DNA of 63,572 nt, counting the filler, from Collodictyon triciliatum (lineage: Eukaryota), in NCBI GenBank assembly GCA_043381765.1. It is 11 parts of 11 records of this genome, joined end to end, with 100 filler letters (N's around TTAATTAATTAA, not from the genome) between each part and the next. Parts side by side here need not be neighbours in the genome. Positions count along the whole stretch, not along the records: positions 11,385 to 16,970 come from JBHJMP010005094.1; positions 17,071 to 22,656 come from JBHJMP010005095.1; positions 22,757 to 31,930 come from JBHJMP010005096.1; 8 more parts are not named here. One strand, given 5' to 3'. Shown here one piece after another: positions 15,047 through 27,924 of the stretch (position 1 is the first letter of the stretch; every line of letters begins with the position of its first letter). The notes below the pieces were generated by a model, which ran no database searches, was not told the DNA's origin, and saw nothing but the letters and a program-made list of their open reading frames with translations. The position numbers and the translations under genes are program-made.

Positions 15047-16875
15047 TATGAACACTAAAAGCTACACTCGCATATATGCATCCTTTTTCCCATGTCAAGA
15101 GCTCAATTAGGTCATGACATCTTAATGGACAAATTCTAATGAAAACAATTTTTTTTCTAGAGATTGCCACTATTTCGAAAATTTATCTAATTCACATCAG
15201 ATCTAAAAACCCTTCCTTCACTTCAATCGAATGAAGGGAAAAAAAATATAACTCACGTCAGATGCTCTGCGATGGATGTGTATATCCTTCTGTTTCTTTG
15301 TTTTGTCTTCAAAAGTACATGTAAAGAGGGAGGCTGTTCTAAACAAAAATTGAGAGTTTCGTAAAAGTTCAATAATTGACAAATTGGAGACTATTTAGAG
15401 GCAGCATAAATGGGCTGAAGTTGCTATATGAGGCTTGGGCAGACAATCATGGTGACTATAAGAATTGTAAGAATAACGATTGGTTGGGGTAAGGCTGGCT
15501 ATCCACCACTTCTCTTTCTACCACGTGTGAACGCACAGAAGAAATTAGATAAGAAAAAAAAGACACTACAACCATTGAGAGGCTATGGTAGATGTAAAAA
15601 AGGGTCTAAAGCATGCCATTTTAATTGTTTAATTATTATGGGGTGAAAAATACAATTTGAAGGCTTATGTGCAGAGTACGCATTGCATCTTACAAAAGTT
15701 CTTGTGCAAACCTAATTCCAAAAAGATAGGTTATGTGGTCAAGATAATGTTACACTATGTTTCGGGGTAACGGAGATAGGATGAACTGTTGGTGTGCAGA
15801 GTAAAGCTGCCTAACTTATTTATTACACGAATATGAGCTCTCCAGTAGCTCATGTGAACTTCATACAGCCAGGGTTGTTTAGACTGGCTGAGAAAAGGAT
15901 GTGGTTCAAACAAATGAAAAGGAATGCAGGTGGAAAATAATTTCGGTGCAAAACTAAGAAATTTCCAAGTGCCCAAACGCTTCAGTTTACACGATACAAG
16001 AAAGCTAATTTAGACCATATCACGAAAAGGGTTTCTTCCCCATAAGTGTTGCGATATTGCTCCGGTAATCTTTCGGCCTCAAAGTTAAAGGAAGAATTCC
16101 ACATTCACTCTTGTTATCAAAACTCTGCGCGGTTGGTTGCACCAAACGTGACGTAACTTTGGCGATACGCGACTCGATAAACTCTGACACATCCTTGTGT
16201 TTCGGTACCGGCTTGCGAGGTGATATATTTAGTTCTTTGTAGATGCGCGGGGTCTTACCACAACTAAGTGGGACTTTGGTTGGAGTTTCATTATTTGATG
16301 ATGCCTGACGATGCGAAAGCATGGGAGGTATGCGTGTCCCACTCGTTTGTGAAGATTCAGCCTCATCAACTGGCAGGTGCCTTTGTGTAGAAAAACTTCC
16401 CCTGTCACCATCTATGAGTTCTCCTGCATTTGCAAGGCCTCGAATCTTTTTCACCTGAGGTCGGTTTGGGAGCTTTAGTATGCGAAAGTGATTGCAGTTG
16501 GATGGTTATTAGTATTTCAGCGCACCACTTTTATCTGATTAAGTTCATAAACTTTTATAAATGAAAAAAAATTCTCCTTTTCATTTGTTTGTAACCCCTT
16601 CTTTTAATCTTTAATCTAATTAAAACATCTGGGGTTGTGATAAATGCGAGCACAGCTGACCTTTTGACGCGCAGTGTATGGTATATGTTGGGTTCTAGGA
16701 GTCAAGTCATGCATTGTAAGTGCCTTTTTTACACCAGAGTGGGACGGAAAGTTCGCCCTAAATTCTAGCTGCATCGCTGGAGTCTCGTTTGAAGTCTATT
16801 ACGACCAGATTATAGAGCAGTTAGCGATTATGAAAATGTGTTTCTATTATGGACTAATGTTGTTGAAGTTTTTAC

Positions 16876-16970
<95 letters not shown>

Positions 16971-17070
16971 NNNNNNNNNNNNNNNNNNNNNNNNNNNNNN
17001 NNNNNNNNNNNNNNTTAATTAATTAANNNNNNNNNNNNNNNNNNNNNNNNNNNNNNNNNNNNNNNNNNNN
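16971..17070. other. Artificial scaffold-joining linker
   Basis: N44-TTAATTAATTAA-N44. Confidence 0.97.
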
Positions 17071-17119
<49 letters not shown>

Positions 17120-17163
17120 TCTCTTCTTTTTTATTATTATTATTGTTATTTTCTTTCCACATT

Positions 17164-17214
17164 CCTTTGTATGGCATAACCTCCCTGCTCTTTGAATCGA
17201 ATAAAGGAAAAAAA
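17164..17214 (+). repeat. Dispersed ~50-bp repeat copy
   Basis: CCTTTGTATGGCATAACCTCCCTGCTCTTTGAATCGAATAAAGGAAAAAAA; matches the reverse complement of 891-939. Confidence 0.8.
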
Positions 17215-17663
17215 TATTATTTTCTTTCCTATACCTTGCTGCTTTACTCACCCTCTTTACCTACCAACAGCTCGCGACGACAGAAGGAAAGAAAGGAATT
17301 ACGCAGCACCAAAAGCCAAAACGGATCCATCTTTCTGGATGCTTAATATGGATAAAGATCTATTTCCATTAGTGGAATTGTGACAGGAACCACATCTTTA
17401 AACTTTCCCGTGTTTGATGACCGTCGCTCTGATTGCGAGACTCGCAGAACCAAGTTAGAGTTAAGATTTCTACTTGGACACGCGGGCTCAGAGCCTCGCC
17501 CCTTTATCTCTTTTCCCTTCTGTGTTGATCTTGGATCAGTGAGGTCTCCTGGTCTGGTATTTGCGATGCACAATCTTTTCTCGTTAGTCGAGAACTGCGC
17601 ACAAATCAGAAGTTGGTATAACATGTTGTTTTCTTTGTGACGGTGGGCCAAAGTCTCCAGGGC

Positions 17664-17926
17664 ATGGGCTGCGGTTCTTCTTTTGTCAAGGCTGCAAAAG
17701 AGTATCAGGTATGTACCATAAGCTTCATTTTATATTGCAGCTATTAGTGTAAGAACATGCTATTTATTTAATGTGTGGGTGCATGAATCAGGCTGTTAAG
17801 AAGGAACGCATCAAGAGCGACCTCGAGGAGAAAACAAAGAAACTTCATGATCTGGAATCCACATTGCAAACGAAGGTAGGAAAGTAGTACATTTCATTCT
17901 GAATTTTGTACTTTTAAGACTTTTTG

Positions 17927-17977
<51 letters not shown>

Positions 17978-18089
17978 NNNNNNNNNNNNNNNNNNNNNNN
18001 NNNNNNNNNNNNNNNNNNNNNNNNNNNNNNNNNNNNNNNNNNNNNNNNNNNNNNNNNNNNNNNNNNNNNNNNNNNNNNNNNNNNNNNNN

Positions 18090-18138
<49 letters not shown>

Positions 18139-21100
18139 TTTTAATTCATATATACTACAGGATGAGGAAAAGCAAAAACTTATGATAAAGATTAGGAAAA
18201 TGGAGGAATTGAAAAGAAAGAAAGAAGGTGTGTTTTTAATGATAGCGAATATTGCACATGTCCACTGCTGACATATTTTCTTCAAAAAAATAGAAGAGCA
18301 ACGCGATGATGATGATAATAGAGATCTGGATGATGGAAATCCTCGATTCATGAACCAGAGACGCAACATGGTCCCGAATGAACATGAGGCAGTAAACCGC
18401 AGAAATGAGGCGAGAAATGGGGAAGATGTTGGTGAAGAACCTCATGGTCAGAATCCTGGTGGAGATCCACGTGCTGGCAATGAAGAAATGCAACAGAAAC
18501 AGCCTCGTGCAAAGTAGAACTACGCATACTTTATTACGTATATCCCATTCAAAAGATAACACAGTCGTGTTTGGGTTTTAATGTCATACTTTATCATAAG
18601 TGTCTTGGATCATTTGGAAAACCACGGTCTTCAAGTCGAAAAGGATCCCAAATATCACTACTGGGAGAAAAAATACGCACTATCTCATTCAAAGTACTCC
18701 TTTTTTGAGTTCAGCCTGTTTGTTGTTACTGTAAGTCTTCCTGACTGCTGAAGTGGAATTAGTTAAAAAAAAATTGCTTTGATTTGTTCATACATCACTT
18801 TCAACAATATGCCCCTTACGAAAATGGATAAAAACACTAATTTTTGTATTCAAGATACAAAGATATTTCAGAGGATACAAGGCAAGGAAAACGATGAAAG
18901 AAAAACTTTCCTATGAATCGCAAGGAACCAGGGTAATGAATAGATATACACGTTTTTTTTTTTTTAGAAGAAAAAGGTTACCGCTGCGCAATCTTACGTT
19001 ATATTTTTCTTTTGGAGAAAATTGTACCGTTATTCCTTATAGTACTGAAAAATGATTATCAAATTTGAGCAGTATGTTTTTTTATTTTTATTTTTTTACT
19101 ATTGTAGTTTTTCCGCAACAAAATTTTGAAATGCGACCATTTTAAAGGTGTCCACCGAATTGTCCCTCATTTTTCTCCTGGTAAATTCAGTCAAACTCAT
19201 GCAAATACTCATCAAGCATCCAGTTGTTGATTACGTCACTAATGGGTTTTTTTTTATTACTTTTAATCTAATTTTGTTTTGTTTTTATTTACGACAGGGG
19301 TTCCTAACTTCCGTCGTATCGGGACTCTCCCTCTCTTTGGTATGGGTCAGCCTTGTCAAAATGAAATTCATCGGGTGATTGACCATGTTAAAGGTTTTGG
19401 CTACAAGAACCTCATATTCGTTAATATGCGGGAAGAATGTGTTATTTACATAAACAATCGGCCATTTACGTGCCGAAAATCTGGGAATTTGTCAAACAAT
19501 ATCGATAACATGGGTTTTGCTTTCCCTCCATTAAAATAACAATATTTAACAATATATATATCCTTTTTAATATCAGAGTTGTGTTTGTCCGATTCATACT
19601 TTAAAAAATGCATGCATTTTATGCAATATATTTTATCTTGATTCTCTTTGATCAAAATTGCCCACGGGAAAAAATAGGAATTGAAAAGGCGGAACTAGTA
19701 ATGCTTGAAACTTCACTGAAACGGCAGATATATGAATTATCGCAACCAAATGGATCAGTATCTGTATGGGTACGCGCATTTTTCCAAATTTTTATTCGAT
19801 TTATCACACTATACGTTGTTTGTTTCATTTCTTGTTTTCATGACAAAGGATGAGGATATGTTTGGGAAAAATAAGCTGATTACAGAGAATATAACCTCGG
19901 ATTCTGTGTTCACGTTGGAGGAGCTATTCGATTCATTGGCTGTAATGAGAAAGGATGTGCATATATCATACCATAGGATACCTGTAACGGACGAATCAGC
20001 TCCTGAAGAGAAAGTAAAAGATATTTGTGATATATAAAATTGTGGTGTATACATTTTCAAATGCAAATATGCTTGAATACATCCTACTGTTGTATAATCC
20101 TTTCTTTTCGACAAGAAGTTTCAAAAAGAAGCAACAAAAAAAAAAACGTCCACGGCACAAACATTCATCATATAAAACATGTATCTAGGACTTTGATGAA
20201 ATAACAAAGATAGTCAAAGACATCGATATCTCTACCACATGCATCATTTTTAACTGTCAAATGGGAAATGGAAGGACAACTACTGGTTTTTATATATATA
20301 AAAAAGCAATTTGAAAGACATAAGCGGAAAGCTCTGAGAATATCTGTGTGCCTACTTTTCAAGATATTTTTATGTGATTATTGTCTGTTATTATTCTGGA
20401 ATTTAAAATATGTGTGTGCTCTCATCGACAGGTATCGTAACGTCATATGTTCTCTTGCATTCTAGAAGCAAAGATATATTATTAGAGGGGAAGTATTTCC
20501 CACCAAACGATGCCGCTCTTGACAAACGAGATTTTTTGAGGTTTTTTTTTTTTTTTTTTGCCAAGAATGGAGACTTAATATCCGAATCAAATGTTTTGGA
20601 TACTATTAACAATGATTTCGTCCTTTATTTGGTACATCAAAAGTATTCGCGAGCTCCAATCCATTCTCTTTCTTGGTAAAGAAGCCAAAGCAAATCTCGA
20701 CGAAATAATAGACCATTCCAATGCCATGCTTAATTTGCGTGAAGGTTCTCGTCTGTCATATATTAAACATCCATATGTTTACTAAAAGGAAGTTTCTTTT
20801 TCCCTTTACTTGATTCACATTTCAATTAACTGTTTGTTTTTTACTTATTTATTTATCTGGTGATGAATTACGCTACGTTTACGTCTCAATTTATTACGAT
20901 GCAACTTCTAAAAAAAAAAAACCTTGAATAGCTATTTTTGATGTAAAAAACTTGTTTGATCTCGAGAAAAAGGCTGTTAAGAAGAAACATTTACTCCGGG
21001 TTACGATCGGATATCTGGAGAGATATTTTTACTTGATTGCTTACTCTTCATACGCTATCAATCGCTATCACGAATCCGATCCAGTACAAATCATCCTGTT

Positions 21101-22656
21101 GATCTCTTCAATGTCTATTCTACTGCATTATATTGCTTGCCATGATTTTTTACTCTCCCTTTTGGTTTTTTCAAATCCAGCAAGCTGACACTCAATTTCG
21201 TTGGTGGATGAAGCAGCGCCCTCAAGTTTATCGTCTTCTTGAGAACCTAGTTGTTTATGAGCACAAAGATGCAGGTTGTCTTTCTAATGAAAACTGAAAA
21301 TAAACATTCTCTTTTTCGCATTAGATGCCTATTGATATCCGACTAGATACCCTATATTATCATACAATAATTCACCTTGTTGCTCTTTGAATGGAATAAA
21401 GGAAATAATAAATAGATTATCCCATTACTTAGTCCTGAGCCACAAGGTACTTGCGCCTGACTCGCCCTTACCAGGAACGAATGAAGGAATTCCACAGAAG
21501 GGTTAGTGATATTTTTATGGACTGTGTGGAGTTGCTGTTTGGTTTTATCATTTAACTATTTATGAATTCTATTTTGTCAAACAACGTTCTTCCTGATGCC
21601 TTGCTGAAATATGAAAAATGTGCACGAGTTAAAGCTCTTGTTATTCATATGTAAACCTCGAAAAAAAAAAGGTATACCAAATCTCATGCGAATTGACGAT
21701 AATCCCATCTATGGGATGGGCCAGCCGTTGTTTCATGATATAAGAACTTTTGTCAAGAACCTGGTGGTATCGATCTAACTGAGCTACATTAGAAAACACC
21801 CACTTAAATTGAATCGACTATTAGCAGTTTGCCGTTAGGAAATATTCTGATTTTCATTTTTATAAAGGCTGAAAGGTCTCCTAAGAATGTGGTATGGATA
21901 AACCTTCGAGATGACTGCATTATGTCGGTTGGAAATCGAAATTTCACTCTGATAGAGAATGATAAACAGACCCCCTCTGAATTTACTGGGTGCCAAGGTA
22001 TCAGTTAAATCCAGCGAATCGGTCCTTCTTTTCTATTCTTTTAAAATCTCTTTTTCTTTCGTTTTATTTTCCAGATAGGTATATATTTAAATCCAGTTAT
22101 AGCTTACCTGCACATGAATGAGTATTATCTCTTTCTTTTTTTTTTCTTTTTTCCCGATTCATTTTGAAGTAATCCCCCAAATGTAAAAGGACATCTGCTT
22201 GAAGGTGTCGAGTCCAAGCTACAACAGGAAGTAAACGACATATTTGAAAAAAAGCAAAAGTATGTCCATTTAGTGGATGTAAATAAATAGAAAATCTTGA
22301 TGTTTACTTTTATCTTTATCGGATTTCAAAAGAACCCTGCAAATTAAGGAATAAGGTAAAGCCGACTGATTTTTAACCTTATATATTACATATTGACCAA
22401 AGGCTCGAGGCCTGGGTTGGGCATTGTTTTGAAGAAGTCGAGGCCGTTTCAAATTTAGATGTCATCACAATGCGGGAATTGTTTGAAGGAATAAAGAGAA
22501 ACTTTTTAGAAGAGGTTTTTCTTAAATGGAAGAATCGACAAAACAATACATATTCTCCAAATTTTTCGTTTTTATTTAATCTTTTTCACTTCAATTTTTC
22601 TTGAACAAAAAATCAACTAATTTTCTCTATTATCTCAAGGACGGCATTCTATACCC
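17664..22656 (+). CDS. Paladin-like / PTP-like phytase family phosphatase with N-terminal MGCGSS acylation motif, coiled coil and IQ motif (3' truncated, many exons)
   Basis: Exons: MGCGSSFVKAAKEYQ; IQRYFRGYKARK; KILKCDHFKG…GVPNFRR…LFGMGQP…FVNMREECVIYINNRPFT; YHRIPVTDESAPEE; IIFNCQMGNGRTTTG (CX5R); MLNLRE; YLERYFYLIAYSSY; second domain GIPNLMRIDDNPIYGMGQP…VVWINLRDD. Confidence 0.88.
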
Positions 22657-22756
22657 NNNNNNNNNNNNNNNNNNNNNNNNNNNNNNNNNNNNNNNNNNNN
22701 TTAATTAATTAANNNNNNNNNNNNNNNNNNNNNNNNNNNNNNNNNNNNNNNNNNNN
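22657..22756. other. Artificial scaffold-joining linker
   Basis: N44-TTAATTAATTAA-N44. Confidence 0.97.
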
Positions 22757-25097
22757 CCAGTATTTCATTTTTATTCAATATATACCTGCTGATGTATGTA
22801 GACACAACCATTGTGACAATCAGGGTGACAACAAACAGCGCTGCTGTAAGTGATGAGGAAAGCACAATCATACTGTCAACTTTCGAAAAGATGTCGCTAC
22901 GGGGAATCAAGATGACAACAGTCTAGGAATATCTTCAATAAGCGAGCAGCAATTTTATTCCAACATTATTTTCGGTGCATAATTTATTATAAGGCATTTA
23001 TTATATGCTTACCCATTCTATACCACCTCTCGGGTCGACCAGTGTTGATGCAAAAGTGAGATACTCTTTGTCACTTTTGTACGTAGAGAATGAACGAATG
23101 CCATTTATGGGCTCTAATTCACCTTTGTTATCTTTTGCAAGCTTCTAATATTTAAAAATTCAAATCTCTTAAGGATACAACATACCATGATGTTAAAATA
23201 TAGAATAATGATCGAAATATAAGGTCTACTAACGTCCGCTGATTTGAGAATAAGCTTATTGTTGGAGTTCTTATATGGAACCATGCTGCCATCTTTGTCT
23301 GCTATGGGAACACCGAGTGTGCTGGCGATTATTTTTCCATCCTTGTATTTTTTAAAAACCATTTAATTTTTTTGGGTACGAAATTTATGATGTATGAGTT
23401 ATTAAATTTATTATTAAACAACTTTTGTAACTTGGTATATGATAATGAATATAATCATATACCTTTTGTAGGATGTATGCATTACCATTGTCGCTTGTTT
23501 TTATACTTTTCAGCTTTGCTTGTATTAAATCCAAATTCATCTCAATACCAGCTACCCCAATTATGTTATCTAAAACGGTATACCATAGGGTCAATTATGT
23601 ATTTTTTTGATTTTTCTGATTTTCAGCAGCTCGGAATTGTATGTATTTTTACTATTTTTAATGTCTTCATATATCGGGCACACAGCCGTCATGGCAAGAA
23701 CAGATGATCCAGCGCTATAGGAAGAATAAACTGGACTCCATGTAGGGCCGTTTCTCGCTACAGCCGATTTGTACCTATTAAAATCACAAAATTTTCACGG
23801 CTGAGTCATATTTTTGTTTTGGTGTTACTTTTAATTGTTATATTTATTATTATTTTAACTATTATAACCATAACAATACCCAATCTAATCAACATTTCAT
23901 CATTTTTGTAAAAGTAATAATGTATTAAAAATTTAATGTACAATTTCCAGTAAAATAGTTATGTGAAAATTACCAAACTCTTCGAGATGCGTTGTAACCG
24001 TAATATACATATTCCACTGGAAGCTCCAGAAATGGTGTAAGGATATTTTCACGTATTAATGGTTTCATCGTCAGTTCATAGTTTGTGTCAGGACCACTGC
24101 AACCAACATTTGTCGGTCCGGAGTCCTTGACAAATGCTTCAGCCAGAAATTTTAGTAATACTTCTCTATTAAACATCAATATTGAATGCTAATCAAAATT
24201 TATAAGATTATTTGTTTTTGAAATTTATTAAATAATCACAATGAAGTCCTCCATCTTTGTACCCAAAATAGGCTTGCGAAAGTGATGGAGTTTTCTGTTT
24301 CAGAAGGACTAAAATTAATGAATAATTGGGTATCGTACTTATAAATAATATATTTTAATTGCCTCTATGATCCCTAAATTAACGTATCTAGCAGCAAAAT
24401 TATTGCATTGAATTCCGTTTTTAACAAGGTTCATCTGAAAAATCGTTAGCTCAAAAACTCGCAATATTTCATGCGGAATATCTAATGCAGCTTGAATTTC
24501 TTTTTGTATTCTTTCTACAGTCTAAAGTGTATATTTTAATGATTATTTTAATTTACGATTCAAATATATTATTTGTAAAGATATTTATACTTGTGTCTGA
24601 AGCTGGTTGGAAATATCGTTCACAGACTGGAAATTTTCGTTTACAGTGTTAGTATCCATATATAAGGATTTATATATATATATATATATATACTTTTTAA
24701 TACATGATGAACCGAAAACATGTAAAATGATAAAGTGTAAAATAGACTAACCGAGAAGCCGAAAGTATAGGAGGGCACAACGCTCACCAGGGCAACAGAC
24801 ACAACGGAGAAGAAGGACAGCAGTATAATCGAGTTACGCAGAGATACAGTGCGCTGTATATTGTTCTTTTCTCCAACCTTATTAATTTGATGTTTAAGAT
24901 AACCTGTTTTGAAAGACTATGTACTTATGGATAGTATTCAGAGAGTAAGATGAGTTTTGTTTTTTATTTAGTCATTTTTATTTAAGATATTGGATTATTA
25001 CATCTCCCAACCCATTTATTCTTGGGTCCTTTGGATATGTGGCATCACCAGAAGCAAGAAAAATACGTGGTTTTTCATCGATGTGTGGCCCGATCAT
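22757..25097 (-). CDS. Membrane receptor TM1-dCache-TM2 (intracellular output domain cut off by scaffold end; start approximate)
   Basis: Spliced: SLRNSIILLSFFSVVSVALVSVVPSYTFGFS (TM1), SVNDISNQLQTQTVERIQKEIQAALDIPHEI, EYVYYGY, YKSAVARNGPTWSPVYSSYSAGSSVLAMTAVCPIY, IIGVAGIEMNLDLIQAKLKSIKTSDNGNAYILQK, GKIIAS, IPRSDIFSKVDSMIVLSSSLTAALFVVTLIVTMVV (TM2). Confidence 0.8.
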
Positions 25098-26330
25098 TTT
25101 TTCCAAGATACTGAAAACTAAGAAATTATGATTCTTGGAAACAACAATTTGACTATATTGGTCATTTGGGTAATACGTTTTTCGATAGTGTCATGTAGTT
25201 CCACAGAACAGCGAAAGGACCTCATTTGATTCATAAGCGACCAGCTTCAAATTTTGAATTGAAATATGATTCATACATTAATTCCATATTCTATCATATG
25301 AAGTCAGGTTTACTCGATTTTTATACTTCATTAAAAACATCGATTTATCAACTACAACATAATAATAAAACCTTTTATTCGAGTGTTGTCATGGTTATCA
25401 TTATGGTTTTAATAAAGTGAAATATCATGATTAAAGCTGTGATTTCTGTTTGCACTTATTTTTTCTTCGTCTCTTATAAAAGAATATAATTGAAAATCGG
25501 AAATTCATTAGTATTTTCCCTTAATTTAATTATTTAAAAGTCAATTCAAAGTAAGTAGGGTAAAGTCATACAAAGGGTGTAAAGTCTTTATTTTTTTCTG
25601 CAAAATATAATGGATGTACGGTGGTATATACAGAAAGCCGGTGCATAAAAACACTGTACCCAACGTCTTATATGAAAGGACATGGTTAATATTCTACAAT
25701 GATAATGTGTGTAATTATATTCATAATCTAGCTGTTTCTTGATTACCTGAAGGTTATGTGATCAATATTGTTGAAAATTAAACAAAATATTAGGTTAAAA
25801 CTATTGAAATAACTACTATTGCCGACGAATTTCTTACGTTGAACAATAATTAGCTTACATAGCCCATAAATACTATAGATTTCGTTACTATTGGCCGGTA
25901 CTTGGGCTTCATTTTGGCGCTACTCTTAAGATTTTTCCATCAATTTCGATCATAAGAGATATTAAAACTGAATATTTGATAGATTCGCGGCAAAAAATGT
26001 CAGTTTAGAATTAAAAGATATTCACTATTGTGTCTGAAATTTTTTTTGTGACCGCACCGGTATAATGTGTGACTTGATGCGATATGTATTTGAGATCAGT
26101 ATTGAATTTGTGGTATTATCCATCTGGTTTATCATTATTTTTATAAAACTGAGACATCGTCGGCCGCCCTAACAAGCATAAGCAATTATTTTTAAGAGGT
26201 GTTAAAATTAGAGACAGTCTCTAACGACTTTAACTGGTGTTATTTTGATGTGTCTATGCGTCTTTATGTTTCGTTTCATCAATTGACAAGCTTATACTCT
26301 TCCTCGTCTTGTTACTTGAAAGCGAAATCT

Positions 26331-26447
26331 ATTTATATTTTATATTTTATATTTTATATTTTATATTTTATATTTTATATTTTATATTTTATATTTTATA
26401 TTTTATATTTTATATTTTATATTTTATATTTTATATTTTATATTTTA
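26331..26447. repeat. Heptamer microsatellite (TATATTT)n
   Basis: Directly visible; the same unit occurs at ~39830-39903 and ~58655-58750. Confidence 0.95.
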
Positions 26448-27793
26448 TGTTATTTTGGGTGAATGTGTGACCTTTCGACAAAAGATTATTCAAGCACTAT
26501 ATAACCTAATTTTTTCTTTATTCGACTCAAAGGACAAACAGGACTATGTTACACTTGCGCGTGTTTTAATAATATTTCAATTTGACTTTAGCTACGTGTT
26601 TTGAAAAATTGTTCGTGTCGACATTTGCATCATATTCGTAGACAACTCTGAGCACGGACAAAAAAATATCATGCAGCCTTCTAAAAATTCCATGCTGTTA
26701 TCTCATAATATTGGCTTTACCGACGACTCATAAGAAGCTTTTGGGATGAAATGATATTGACCTGAACTACCTTTTATGAATGAGCTTTCGTCTCTTTTGA
26801 ACGAAAAAAATTCATCTATTCTTAATATTATACATCGCTTGGAGAGTGCATTAATATTGAGCATTTTGTATACAATATTCTGTGTATTTGGTGGTACTTG
26901 ATTAAAGATATGCTATCTTCCTTTTCAAAATATCCCTATGTGGTTCAGTCATGGTATAAATCAATCCTGGTCGAAGTGCAAAATAAAAGTGAGAAATAAA
27001 ATACATTATAAAAATTTCAACAAGGGTTCCATGTGAGACATGGGCAATATGCGGACTATGGAGCCTATGGCTTGGGTCTATCGCCCATTTTCCGACTTTT
27101 GTAAGTGTTTGGGCTGATTATTTTATCTCGATTGAATGTTGGAGTAAGCTGCAGCTATCGATTCACAAGGAGATTTGGGTGTGTCTGACCGTCTTTGGTT
27201 CTTAGGCAAAATAAATATATTGTGACAGAACTTCTCACTACAGTCAAATCCATCGAATAATTTGCTATAGTCATCTTTGGTTTAAAAAATTGGATGGATA
27301 TTTTCCTTTTCCTAGTGGCTTACTATAAGATATCTGCTTGGTCAAGAACGTGAGGGTGACTGCCCCAGTAATTTTTATAATGAGAAGCATGTCCAATAAA
27401 AACGGGAAAATCTGATTTAGGGTCTATAATCGTTTAGGGAGAGATGTAGCTTCATGCTGAGTTTCATGAGTAAAGCGCGTTATACTGCACGAACAGAGCC
27501 ACAGCTTCCAATGGATTTTGTATTTAGATGCTCATCTTTTCAAATGTGTGGGTCAGCCGGGTGGGTGTTGGTATGTTTCAGAAAAATGTGTTATCTTCCT
27601 ATGATTCTTTTTTATTTTTGTTTTTGTTTTTTTTCTAATATTCGTTTTAGCTGACGGATGATTTGCTGTTGGTGCAAACAGAGCCCACTCCTTGCGATTA
27701 CACAATCTATATGGGAAAAAAAATATTACAATGAGTGAATCCCACGAAGCCCAAAAAACATTAAAGATGCGCCCACTGAAAAATAGAAAGGCC

Positions 27794-27866
27794 TGCCGAA
27801 ACTCGGGATCGAACCAAGGACATCAAGATCTTCAGTCTTACGCTCTTCCAACTGAGCTATTTCGGC
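27794..27866 (-). tRNA. tRNA-Phe (GAA)
   Basis: GCCGAAATAGCTCAGTTGGAAGAGCGTAAGACTGAAGATCTTGATGTCCTTGGTTCGATCCCGAGTTTCGGCA: 73-nt cloverleaf of eukaryotic Phe type, followed by a T-run terminator. Confidence 0.96.
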
Positions 27867-27924
27867 TGCTCCCTTGCAAGGGATGGCACACAATAAAATA
27901 TAATATATCTTTTCTATTTTTTCA

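Noticed and set aside
16020-16454. 144-aa minus-strand ORF
   Set aside because: Low-complexity S/P/K-rich sequence, no motif and no clear start or continuation; cannot be supported as a gene
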